Assembly (NCBI RefSeq): GCF_009914755.1
Contig: NC_060946.1
Length of the DNA stretch: 64,000 bases
DNA from: the human T2T-CHM13v2.0 reference genome, Homo sapiens
Strand: one strand, 5' to 3'
In this document: piece after piece, positions 48,401 through 63,460 of the stretch
How the letters are laid out: every line of letters starts with the position of its first letter
Position numbering within the stretch: position 1 is the stretch's first letter
Translations under genes and position numbers: made by a program
Notes under the pieces: model-generated
What the model was told of the DNA's origin: nothing
Seen by the model: only the letters and a program-made list of their open reading frames with translations
Database searches by the model: none

Positions 48401-49050
48401 TTATATACTGTACATAAAATATGAAATTACATCAAATATATATTTTATTCTGTACATAAAATATCAAAGTACACCAGATATATATTCTATAGTGTACATA
48501 AAATTACAAAGTACACAAACTATACATTATATACTGTACATAAAATATGAAATTACATCAAATATATATTAGGTACATAAAATATGAAAGTACATCAAAT
48601 ATAGATTATATACTGTACATAAAATATCAAAGTACCCCAAATATATATTATATACTCTACATGAAATATGAAAGTTCACAAACTATATATTATATACTGT
48701 ATATAAAATATCAAAGTACCCAAGGTATATATTCTATACTGTACAAAAAATATCAAAGTACCCAAAGCATGTATTATATACTGTATATAAAATATGAAAG
48801 CACATCAAATATATATTTTATTCTGTACATAAAATATCAAAGTACACCAGATATATATTCTATAGTGTACATAAAATATCAAAGTACCCAAACTATACAT
48901 TATATACTGTACATAAAATATGAAATTACATCAAATATATATTATATTAGGTACATAAAATATGAAAGTACATCAAATATAGATTATATACTGTACATAA
49001 AATATCAAAGTACCCCAAATATATATTATATACTCTACATGAAATATCAA
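36300..49050 (+). repeat. 3755-bp (10 x 9-mer) super-repeat, last unit expanded to 4506 bp
   Basis: ORFs 36531/40286/44041, 37282/41037/44792, 38411/42166/45921, 39535/43290 are offset 3755; 42917/47423, 43290/47796, 44041/48547 are offset 4506 (=3755+751). Confidence 0.87.
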
Positions 49051-52000
49051 AGTTCACAAACTATATATTATATACTGTACATAAAATATCAAAGTATCCA
49101 AGGTATATATTCTATACTGTACAAAAAATATCAAAGTAACCAAAGCATGTGTTATATACTGTACATAAAATATGAAAGTACATCAAGTATATATTTTATT
49201 CTGTACATAAAATAACAAAGTACACCAGATATATATTCTATAGTGTACATAAAATAACAAAGTACACAAACTATAAATTATATACTGTACATAAAATATG
49301 AAATTACATCAAATATATATTAGGTACATAAAATATGAATGTACATCAAATATAGATTATATACTGTACATATAATATAAATGTACCCCAAATATATATT
49401 TTGTACTCTACATGAAATATCAAAGTTCAGAAACCATATATTATATACTGTACATAAAATATCCAAGTACCCAAGGTATATATTCTATACTGTACAAAAA
49501 ATATCAAAGTACCCAAAGCATGTATTATATACTGTACATAAAATATGAAAGTACATCAAATATATATTTCATTCTGTACATAAAATGACAAAGTACACCA
49601 GATATATATTCTATAGTGTACATAAAATATCAAAGTACCCAAACTATACATTATACACTGTACATAAAATATGAAATTCCATCAAATATATATTATATTA
49701 GGTACATAAAATATGAAAGTACATCAAATATAGATTATATACTGTATATTAAATACCAAAGTACCACAAATATATATTTTATACTGTACATGAAATATCA
49801 AAGTTCACAAACTATATATTATATACTGTACATAAAATATCAAAGTACCCAAGGTATATATTCTATACTATACAAAAAATATCAAAGTACCCAAAGCATG
49901 TATTATATACTGTACATAAAATATGAAACTACATCAAATATATATTTTATTCCGTACATAAAATATCAAAGTACACCAGATATATATTCTATAGCGTATA
50001 TAAAATATCAAAGTACCCAAACTATACATTATATACTGTACATAAAATATGAAATTACATCAATTATATATTATATTAGGTACATAAAATATGAAAGTTC
50101 ATCAAATATAGATTGTATACTGTACATTAAATATCAAAGTACCCCAAATATATATTATATACTCTACATGAAATATCAAAGTTCACAAACTATATATTAT
50201 ATACTGTAAATAAAATATCAAAGTACCCAAGGTATATATTCTGTACTGTACAAAAAATATCAAAGTACCCAAAGCTTGTATTATGTACTGTATATAAAAT
50301 ATGAAAATACATCAAATATATATTTTATTCTGTATATAAAATATCAAAGTACACCAGATATATATTCTATAGTCAACATAAAATAGCAAGGTAAAAAACT
50401 ATAAATTATATACTGTACATAAAATATGAAATTACATCAAATATATATTAGGTACATAAAATATGAAAGTACATCAAATATAGATTATATACTCTACATA
50501 AAATATCAATGTACCCCAAATATATATTTTATACTCTACATGAAATATCAAAGTTCAGAAACCATATCTTATATACTGTACATAAAATATCAAAGTACCC
50601 AAGGTATATATTCTATACTGTAGAAAAAATATCAAAGTTCCCAAATCATGTATTATATACTGTACATAAAATATGAAAGTACATCAAATATATATTTTAT
50701 TCTGTACATAAAATATCAAAGTACACCAGATATATATTCTATAGTGTACATAAAATATCAAAGTACCCAAACTATACATTATATACTGTACATAAAATAT
50801 CAAAGTACCCAAACTATACATTATATACTGTACATAAAATATGAAAGAACATCAAATATAGATTATATACCGTACATTAAAAACCAAAGTACCCCAAATA
50901 TATATTTTATACTGTACATGAAACATCAAAGTTCACAAACTATATATTATATACTGTACATAAAATATCAAGGTACCCAAGGTATATATTCTATACTGTA
51001 CAAAAAATATCAAAGTACCCAAAGCATGTATTATATACTGTACATAAAATATGAAAGTACATCAAATATATATTTTATTCTGAACATAAAATATCAAAGT
51101 ACACCAGATATATATTCTATAGTGTACATAAAATATCAAAATACAAACTATACATTATATACTGTAAATAAAATATGAAATTACATCAAATATATTTTAC
51201 ATTAGGTACATAAAATATGAAAGTACATCAAATATAGATTATATACTGTACATTAAATACCAAAGTACCCCAAATATATATTTTATACTGTACATGAAAT
51301 ATCAAAGTTCACAAACTATATATTATATACTGTACATAAAATATCAAAGTACCCAAGGTATATATTCTATACTGTACAAAAATATCAAAGTACCCAAAGC
51401 ATGTATTATATACTGTATATTAAATATGAAAGTACATCATATATATATTTTATTCTGTACATAATATATCAAAGTACACCAGATATATATTCTATAGTGT
51501 ACATAAAATAACAAAGTACACAAACTATAAATTATATACTGTACATAAAATATGAAATTACATCAAATATATATTAGGTACATAAAATATGAAAATACAT
51601 CAAATATAGATTATATACTGTACATAAAATATCAATGTACCCCAAATATATATTTTATACTATACATGAAATATCAAAGTTCACAAACCATATATTGTAT
51701 ACTGTACATAAAATATCAAAGTACCCAAGGTATATATTCTATACTGTACAAAAAATATGAAAGTACCCAAAGCATGTATTATATACTGTACATAAAATAT
51801 GAAAGTACATCAAATATATATTTTATTCTGTACATAAAATATCAAAGTACACCAGATATATATTCTATAGAGTACATAAAATATCAAAGTACCCAAACTA
51901 TACATTATATACTGTACATAAAATATGAAATTACATCAAATATATATTATATTAGGTACATAAAATATGAAAGTACATCAAATATAGATTATATACTGTA

Positions 52001-55000
52001 CATTAAATACCAAAGTACCGCAAATATATATTTTCAACTGTACATGAAATATCAAAGTTCACAAACTATATATTATATACTGTACATAAAATATCAAAGT
52101 ACCCAAGGTATATATTCTATACTGTACAAAAAATATCAAAGTACCCAAAGCATGTATTATATACTGTATATTAAATATGAAAGTACATCATATATATATT
52201 TTATTCTGTACATAATATATCAAAGTACACCAGATATATATTCTATAGTGTACATAAAATAACAAAGTACACAAACTATAAATTATATACTGTACATAAA
52301 ATATGAAATTACATCAAATATATATTAGGTACATAAAATATGAAAATACATCAAATATAGATTATATACTGTACATAAAATATCAATGTACCCCAAATAT
52401 ATATTTTGTACTCTACATGAAATATCAAAGTTCACAAACCATATATTATATAGTGTACATAAAATATCAAAGTAACCAAGGTATATATTCTATACTGTAC
52501 AAAAAATATCAAAGTACCCAAAGCCTGTATTATATACTGTACATAAAATATGAAAGTACATCAAATATATATTTTATTCTGTACATAAAATATCAAAGTA
52601 CACCAGATATATATTCTATAGTGTACATAAAATATCAAAGTACCCAAACTATACATTATATACTGTACATAAAATATGAAATTACATCAAATATATATTA
52701 TATTAGGTACATAAAATATGAAAGTACATCAAATATAGATTATATACTGTACATAAAATATCAAAGTACCCCAAATATATATTATATACTCTACATGAAA
52801 TATGAAAGTTCACAAACTATATATTATATACTGTATATAAAATATCAAAGTACCCAAGGTATATATTCTATACTGTACAAAAAATATCAAAGTACCCAAA
52901 GCATGTATTATATACTGTATATAAAATATGAAAGCACATCAAATATATATTTTATTCTGTACATAAAATATCAAAGTACACCAGATATATATTCTATAGT
53001 GTACATAAAATATCAAAGTACCCAAACTATACATTATATACTGTACATAAAATATGAAATTACATCAAATATATATTATATTAGGTACATAAAATATGAA
53101 AGTACATCAAATATAGATTATATACTGTACATAAAATATCAAAGTACCCCAAATATATATTATATACTCTACATGAAATATCAAAGTTCACAAACTATAT
53201 ATTATATACTGTACATAAAATATCAAAGTATCCAAGGTATATATTCTATACTGTACAAAAAATATCAAAGTAACCAAAGCATGTGTTATATACTGTACAT
53301 AAAATATGAAAGTACATCAAGTATATATTTTATTCTGTACATAAAATAACAAAGTACACCAGATATATATTCTATAGTGTACATAAAATAACAAAGTACA
53401 CAAACTATAAATTATATACTGTACATAAAATATGAAATTACATCAAATATATATTAGGTACATAAAATATGAATGTACATCAAATATAGATTATATACTG
53501 TACATATAATATAAATGTACCCCAAATATATATTTTGTACTCTACATGAAATATCAAAGTTCAGAAACCATATATTATATACTGTACATAAAATATCCAA
53601 GTACCCAAGGTATATATTCTATACTGTACAAAAAATATCAAAGTACCCAAAGCATGTATTATATACTGTACATAAAATATGAAAGTACATCAAATATATA
53701 TTTCATTCTGTACATAAAATGACAAAGTACACCAGATATATATTCTATAGTGTACATAAAATATCAAAGTACCCAAACTATACATTATACACTGTACATA
53801 AAATATGAAATTCCATCAAATATATATTATATTAGGTACATAAAATATGAAAGTACATCAAATATAGATTATATACTGTATATTAAATACCAAAGTACCA
53901 CAAATATATATTTTATACTGTACATGAAATATCAAAGTTCACAAACTATACATTATATACTGTACATAAAATATCAAAGTACCCAAGGTATATATTCTAT
54001 ACTATACAAAAAATATCAAAGTACCCAAAGCATGTATTATATACTGTACATAAAATATGAAACTACATCAAATATATATTTTATTCCGTACATAAAATAT
54101 CAAAGTACACCAGATATATATTCTATAGCGTATATAAAATATCAAAGTACCCAAACTATACATTATATACTGTACATAAAATATGAAATTACATCAAATA
54201 TATATTATATTAGGTACATAAAATATGAAAGTTCATCAAATATAGATTGTATACTGTACATTAAATATCAAAGTACCCCAAATATATATTATATACTCTA
54301 CATGAAATATCAAAGTTCACAAACTATATATTATATACTGTACATAAAATATCAAAGTACCCAAGGTATATATTCTGTACTGTACAAAAAATATCAAAGT
54401 ACCCAAAGCTTGTATTATGTACTGTATATAAAATATGAAAATACATCAAATATATATTTTATTCTGTATATAAAATATCAAAGTACACCAGATATATATT
54501 CTATAGTCAACATAAAATAGCAAGGTAAAAAACTATAAATTATATACTGTACATAAAATATGAAATTACATCAAATATATATTAGGTACATAAAATATGA
54601 AAGTACATCAAATATAGATTATATACTCTACATAAAATATCAATGTACCCCAAATATATATTTTATACTCTACATGAAATATCAAAGTTCAGAAACCATA
54701 TCTTATATACTGTACATAAAATATCAAAGTACCCAAGGTATATATTCTATACTGTAGAAAAAATATCAAAGTTCCCAAATCATGTATTATATACTGTACA
54801 TAAAATATGAAAGTACATCAAATATATATTTTATTCTGTACATAAAATATCAAAGTACACCAGATATATATTCTATAGTGTACATAAAATATCAAAGTAC
54901 CCAAACTATACATTATATACTGTACATAAAATATCAAAGTACCCAAACTATACATTATATACTGTACATAAAATATGAAAGAACATCAAATATAGATTAT

Positions 55001-55380
55001 ATACCGTACATTAAAAACCAAAGTACCCCAAATATATATTTTATACTGTACATGAAACATCAAAGTTCACAAACTATATATTATATACTGTACATAAAAT
55101 ATCAAAGTACCCAAGGTATATATTCTATACTGTACAAAAAATATCAAAGTACCCAAAGCATGTATTATATACTGTACATAAAATATGAAAGTACATCAAA
55201 TATATATTTTATTCTGAACATAAAATATCAAAGTACACCAGATATATATTCTATAGTGTACATAAAATATCAAAATACAAACTATACATTATATACTGTA
55301 AATAAAATATGAAATTACATCAAATATATTTTACATTAGGTACATAAAATATGAAAGTACATCAAATATAGATTATATAC
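48565..55380 (+). repeat. About 2.7-kb diverged block duplicated at 4134-bp offset (48565-51245 / 52699-55379)
   Basis: ATGAAATATGAAAGTTC at 48661 and 52795; ORFs 49616/53750, 50426/54560, 50648/54782. Shared private variants include ATTCCGTAC, TATAGCGTAT, AGTCAACATA, GAAAGAACATC. Confidence 0.88.
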
Positions 55381-57094
55381 TGTATATTAAATACCAAAGT
55401 ACCACAAATATATATTTTATACTGTACATGAAATATCAAAGTTCACAAACTATATATTATATACTGTACATATAATATCAAAGTACCCGAGGTATATATT
55501 CTATACTGTACAAAAAATAACAAAGTACCAAAAGCATGTATTATATACTGTTCCTAAAATATGAAAGTACATCAAATATATATTTTATTCTGTACATTAT
55601 ATATCAAAGTACACCAGATATATATTCTATAGTGTACATAAAATATCAAAGTACCCAAGCTATACATTATATACTGTACATAAAATATGAAATTACATCA
55701 AATATATATTAAGTACATAAAATATGAAAGTACATCAAATATAGATTATATACTGTACATAAAATATCAATGTACCCCAAATATATATTTTATACTCTAC
55801 ATGAAATATCAAAGTTCACAATCCATATATTATATATTGCACATAAAATATCAAAGTACCCAAGGTATATATTCTATACTATACAAAAAATATCAAAGTA
55901 CCCAAGTTATACATTCTATACTATAAAAAAATATCAAAGTACCCAAAGCATGTATTATATACTGTACATAAAATATGAAAGTACATCAAATATATATTTT
56001 ATTCTGTACATAAAATATCAAAGTACACCAGATATTTTTTCTATAGTGTACATAAAATATCAAAGTACCCAAACTATACATTATATACTGTACATAAAAT
56101 ATGAGATTACATCAAATATATATTATATTAGGTACATAAAATATGAAAGTACATCAAATATAGATTATATACTGTACATAAAATATCAAAGTACCCCAAA
56201 TATATATTATATACTCTACATGAAATATCAAAGTTCACAAACTATATATTATATACTGTACATAAAATATCAAAGTACCCAAGGTATATATTCTATACTG
56301 TACAAAAAATATCAAAGTACCCAAAGCATGTATTATATACTGTATATAAAATATGAAAGTACATTAAATATATATTTTATTCTGTACATAAAATAACAAA
56401 GTACACCAGATATATATTCTATAGTGTACATAAAATATCAAAGTACCCAAACTATACATTATATACTGTAAATAAAATATGAAATTACATCAAATGTATT
56501 TTATATTAGGTACATAAAATATGAAAGTACATCAAATATAGATTATATACTGTACATTAAATACCAAAGTACCCCAAATATATATTTTATACTGTACATG
56601 AAATATCAAAGTTCACAAACTATATATTATATACTGTACATAAAATATCAAAGTACCCAAGGTATATATTCTATACTGTACAAAAAATATCAAAGTACCC
56701 AAAGCATGTATTATATACTGTATATTAAATATGAAAGTACATCATATATATATTTTATTCTATACATAATATATCAAAGTACACCAGATATATATTCTAT
56801 AGTGTACATAAAATAACAAAGTACACAAACTATAAATTATATACTGTACATAAAATATGAAATTACATCAAATATATATTAGGTACATAAAATATGAAAG
56901 TACATCAAATATAGATTATATACTGTACATAAAATATCAATGTACCCCAAATATATATTTTATACTATACATGAAATATCAAAGTTCACAAACCATATAT
57001 TGTATACTGTACATAAAATATCAAAGTACCCAAGGTATATATTCTATACTGTACAAAAAATATGAAAGTACCCAAAGCATGTATTATATACTGT

Positions 57095-60000
57095 ACATAA
57101 AATATGAAAGTACATCAAATATATATTTTATTCTGTACATAAAATATCAAAGTACACCAGATATATATTCTATAGTGTACATAAAATATCAAAATACCCA
57201 AACTATACATTATATACTGTACATAAAATATGAAATTACATCAAATATATATTATATTAGGTACATAAAATATGAAAGTACATCAAATATAGATTATATA
57301 CTGTACATTAAATACCAAAGTACCGCAAATATATATTTTATACTGTACATGAAATATCAAAGTTCACAAACTATATATTATATACTGTACATAAAATATC
57401 AAAGTACCCAAGGTATATATTCTATACTGTACAAAAAATATCAAAGTACCCAAAGCATGTATTATATACTGTACCTAAAATATGAAAGTACATCAAATAT
57501 ATATTTTATTCTGTACATAAAATACCAAAGTACACCAGATATATATTATATGGTGTACATAAAATATCAATGTACCCAAGCTATACATTATATACTGTAC
57601 ATAAAATATCAAATTACATCAAATATATATTATATTAGGTACATAAAATATGAAAGTACATCAAATATATATTTTATTCTGTACATAAAATATCAAAGTA
57701 CACCAGATATATATTCTATAGTGTACATAAAATATTAAAGTAGCCAAACTATACATTATATACTGTACATAAAATATGAAATTACATCAAATATATATTA
57801 TATTAGGTACATAAAATATGAAAGTACATCAAATATAGATTATATACTGTACATAAAATATCAAAGTACCCCAAATATATATTACATACTCTACATGAAA
57901 TATCAAAGTTCACAAGCTATATATTATATAGTGTACATAAATTATCAAAGTACCCAAGGTATATATTCTATACTGTACAAAAAATATCAAAGTACCCAAA
58001 GCATGTATTATATACTGTATATAAATTATGAAAGTACATCAAATATATATTTTATTCTGTACATAAAATATCAAAGTACACCAGATATATATTCTATAGT
58101 GTACATAAAATAACAAAGTACACAAACTATAAATTATATACTGTACATAAAATATGAAATTACATCAAATATATATTAGGTACATAAAATATGAAAGTAC
58201 ATCAAATATAGATTATATACTGTACATATAATATCAATGTACCCCAAATATATATTTTGTACTCTACATGAAATATCAAAGTTCACAAACCATATATTAT
58301 ATAGTGTACATAAAATATCAAAGTACCCAAGGTATATATTCTATACTGTACAAAAAATATCAAAGTACCCAAAGCCTGTATTATATACTGTACATAAAAT
58401 ATGAAAGTACATCAAATATATATTTTATTCTGTACATAAAATATCAAAGTACACCAGATATATATTCTATAGTGCACATAAAATATCAAAGTACCCAAAC
58501 TATACATTATATACTGTACATAAAATATGAAATTACATCAAATATATATTATATTAGGTACATAAAATATGAAAGTACATCAAATATAGATTATATACTG
58601 TACATAAAATATCAAAGTACCCCAAATATATATTATATAGTGTACATGAAATATCAAACTTCAGAAACTATATATTATATACTGTACATAAAATAGCAAA
58701 GTACCCAAGGTATATATTCTATCCTGTACAAAAAATATCAAAGTACCCAAAGCATGTATTATATACTGTATATAAAATATGAAAGTACATCAAATATATA
58801 TTTTATTCTGTACATAAAATATCAAAGTACACCAGATATATATTCTATAGTGTACATAAAATAACAAAGTACAAAAACTATAAATTATATACTGTACATA
58901 AAATATGAAATTACATCAAATATATATTAGGTACATAAAATATGAAAGTACATCCAATATAGATTATATACTGTACATAAAATATCAATGTACCACAAAT
59001 ATATATTTTATACTCTACATGAAATATCAAAGTTCACAAACCATATATTATATACTGTACATAAAATATCAAAGTACCCGAGGTATATATTCTATACTGT
59101 ACAAAAAATATCAAAGTACCCAAAGCATGTATTATATACTGTACGTAAAATATGAAAGTACATCAATTATATATTTTATTCTGTACATAAAATATCAAAG
59201 TACACCAGATATATATTCTATAGTGTACATAAAATATCAAAGTACCCAAACTATACATTATATACTGTACGTAAAATATGAAATTACATCAAATATATAT
59301 TATATTAGGTACATAAAATATGAAAGTACATCAAATATAGATTATATACTGTACATTAAATACCAAAGTACCCCAAATATATGTTTTATACTGTACATGA
59401 AATATCAAAGTTCACACACTATATATTATATACTGTACATAAAATATCAAAGTACCCAAGGTATATATTCTATACTGTACAAAAAATATCAAAGTACCCA
59501 AAGCATGTATTATAAACTGTACATAAAATATGAAAGTACATCAAATATATATTTTATTTTGTACATAAAATATCTAAGTACACCAGATATATATTCTATA
59601 GTGTACATAAAATATCAAAGTACCCAAACTATACATTATATACTGTACATAAAATATGAAATTACATCAAATATATATTATATTAGGTACATAAAATATG
59701 AAAGTACATCAAATATAGATTATATACTGTACATAAAATATCAAAGTACCCCAAATATATATTATATACTGTACATGAAATATCAAAGTTCGCAAACTAT
59801 ATATTATATACTGTACATAAAATATCAAAGTACCCAAGGTATATATTCTATACTGCACAAAAAAATCAAAGTACCCAAAGCATGTATTATATACTGTATA
59901 TAAAATATGAAAGTACATCAAATATATATTTTATTCTGTGCATTATATATCAAAGTACACCAGATATATATTCTATAGTGTACATAAAATAAAAAGTACA

Positions 60001-63000
60001 CAAACTATAAATTATATACTGTACATAAAATATGAAATTACATCAAATATATATTAGGTACATAAAATATGAAAGTACATCAAATATAGATTATATACTG
60101 TACATAAAATATCAATGTACCCAAATATATATTTTATACTCTACATGAAATATCAAAGTTCACAAACCATATATTGTATACTGTACATAAAATATCAAAG
60201 TACCAAAGGTATGTATTCTATACTGTACAAAAAATATCAAAGTACCCAAAGCATGTATTATATGCTGTACATAAAATATGAAAGTACATCAAATATATAT
60301 TTTATTCTGTACATAAAATATCAAAGTACACCAGATATATATTCTATAGTGTACATAAAATATCAAAATACCCAAACTATACATTATATACTGTACATAA
60401 AATATGAAATTACATCAAATATATATTATATTAGGTACATAAAATATGAAAGTACATCAAATATAGATTATATACTGTACATTAAATACCAAAGTACCGC
60501 AAATATATATTTTATACTGTACATGAAATATCAAAGTTCACAAACTATATATTATATACTGTACATAAAATATCAAAGTACCCAAGGTATATATTCTATA
60601 CTGTACAAAAAATATCAAAGTACCCAAAGCATGTATTATATACTGTACCTAAAATATGAAAGTACATCAAATATATATTTTATTCTGTACATAAAATACC
60701 AAAGTACACCAGATATATATTATATGGTGTACATAAAATATCAATGTACCCAAGCTATACATTATATACTGTACATAAAATATCAAATTACATCAAATAT
60801 ATATTATATTAGGTACATAAAATATGAAAGTACATCAAATATATATTTTATTCTGTACATAAAATATCAAAGTACACCAGATATATATTCTATAGTGTAC
60901 ATAAAATATTAAAGTAGCCAAACTATACATTATATACTGTACATAAAATATGAAATTACATCAAATATATATTATATTAGGTACATAAAATATGAAAGTA
61001 CATCAAATATAGATTATATACTGTACATAAAATATCAAAGTACCCCAAATATATATTACATACTCTACATGAATTATCAAATTTCACAAGCTATATATTA
61101 TATAGTGTACATAAATTATCAAAGTACCCAAGGTATATATTCTATACTGTACAAAAAATATCAAAGTACCCAAAGCATGTATTATATACTGTATATAAAT
61201 TATGAAAGTACATCAAATATATATTTTATTCTGTACATAAAATATCAAAGTACACCAGATATATATTCTATAGTGTACATAAAATAACAAAGTACACAAA
61301 CTATAAATTATATACTGTACATAAAATATGAAATTACATCAAATATATATTAGGTACATAAAATATGAAAGTACATCAAATATAGATTATATACTGTACA
61401 TATAATATCAATGTACCCCAAATATATATTTTGTACTCTACATGAAATATCAAAGTTCACAAACCATATATTATATAGTGTACATAAAATATCAAAGTAC
61501 CCAAGGTATATATTCTATACTGTACAAAAAATATCAAAGTACCCAAAGCCTGTATTATATACTGTACATAAAATATGAAAGTTCATCAAATATATATTTT
61601 ATTCTGTACATAAAATATCAAAGTACACCAGATATATATTCTATAGTGTACATAAAATATCAAAGTACCCAAACTATACATTATATACTGTACATAAAAT
61701 ATGAAATTACATCAAATATATATTATATTAGGTACATAAAATATGAAAGTACATCAAATATAGATTATATACTGTACATAAAATATCAAAGTACCCCAAA
61801 TATATATTATATAGTGTACATGAAATATCAAACTTCAGAAACTATATATTATATACTGTACATAAAATAGCAAAGTACCCAAGGTATATATTCTATCCTG
61901 TACAAAAAATATCAAAGTACCCAAAGCATGTATTATATACTGTATATAAAATATGAAAGTACATCAAATATATATTTTATTCTGTACATAAAATATCAAA
62001 GTACACCAGATATATATTCTATAGTGTACATAAAAAAACAAAGTACAAAAACTATAAATTATATACTGTACATAAAATATGAAATTACATCAAATATATA
62101 TTAGGTACATAAAATATGAAAGTACATCCAATATAGATTATATACTGTACATAAAATATCAATGTACCACAAATATATATTTTATACTCTACATGAAATA
62201 TCAAAGTTCACAAACCATATATTATATACTGTACATAAAATATCAAAGTACCCGAGGTATATATTCTATACTGTACAAAAAATATCAAAGTACCCAAAGC
62301 ATGTATTATATACTGTACGTAAAATATGAAAGTACATCAATTATATATTTTATTCTGTACATAAAATATCAAAGTACACCAGATATATATTCTATAGTGT
62401 ACATAAAATATCAAAGTACCCAAACTATACATTATATACTGTACGTAAAATATGAAATTACATCAAATATATATTATATTAGGTACATAAAATATGAAAG
62501 TACATCAAATATAGATTATATACTGTACATTAAATACCAAAGTACCCCAAATATATGTTTTATACTGTACATGAAATATCAAAGTTCACACACTATATAT
62601 TATATACTGTACATAAAATATCAAAGTACCCAAGGTATATATTCTATACTGTACAAAAAATATCAAAGTACCCAAAGCATGTATTATAAACTGTACATAA
62701 AATATGAAAGTACATCAAATATATATTTTATTTTGTACATAAAATATCAAAGTACACCAGATATATATTCTATAGTGTACATAAAATATCAAAGTACCCA
62801 AACTATACATTATATACTGTACATAAAATATGAAATTACATCAAATATATATTATATTAGGTACATAAAATATGAAAGTACATCAAATATAGATTATATA
62901 CTGTACATAAAATATCAAAGTACCCCAAATATATATTATATACTGTACATGAAATATCAAAGTTCACAAACTATATATTATATACTGTACATAAAATATC

Positions 63001-63460
63001 AAAGTACCCAAGGTATATATTCTATACTGCACAAAAAAATCAAAGTACCCAAAGCATGTATTATATACTGTATATAAAATATGAAAGTACATCAAATATA
63101 TATTTTATTCTGTACATTATATATCAAAGTACACCAGATATATATTCTATAGTGTACATAAAATAAAAAGTACACAAACTATAAATTATATACTGTACAT
63201 AAAATATGAAATTACATCAAATATATATTAGGTACATAAAATATGAAAGTACATCAAATATAGATTATATACTGTACATAAAATATCAATGTACCCAAAT
63301 ATATATTTTATACTCTACATGAAATATCAAAGTTCACAAACCATATATTGTATACTGTACATAAAATATCAAAGTACCAAAGGTATGTATTCTATACTGT
63401 ACAAAAAATATCAAAGTACCCAAAGCATGTATTATATGCTGTACATAAAATATGAAAGTA
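57095..63460 (+). repeat. 3174-bp tandem duplication (two copies) containing a 13-mer
   Basis: ORFs 57895/61069, 58268/61442, 58905/62079, 60115/63289 are offset 3174. Shared variants TATATGGTGTAC, AAAGTAGCC, GTACGTAAAA. 3174 = 8x378 + 168 - 18. Confidence 0.88.

Noticed and set aside
7640-55380. The 4133-bp and 4134-bp repeats as one HOR family
   Set aside because: Their diagnostic variants differ; the similar length follows from both spanning 11 nine-mers with a similar number of deleted bases.
1454-59921. Minus-strand ORFs (1454-1708, 7994-8200, 59709-59921) as signs of inversion or antisense genes
   Set aside because: The + strand repeat orientation is unchanged through these positions; they are chance stop-free stretches.
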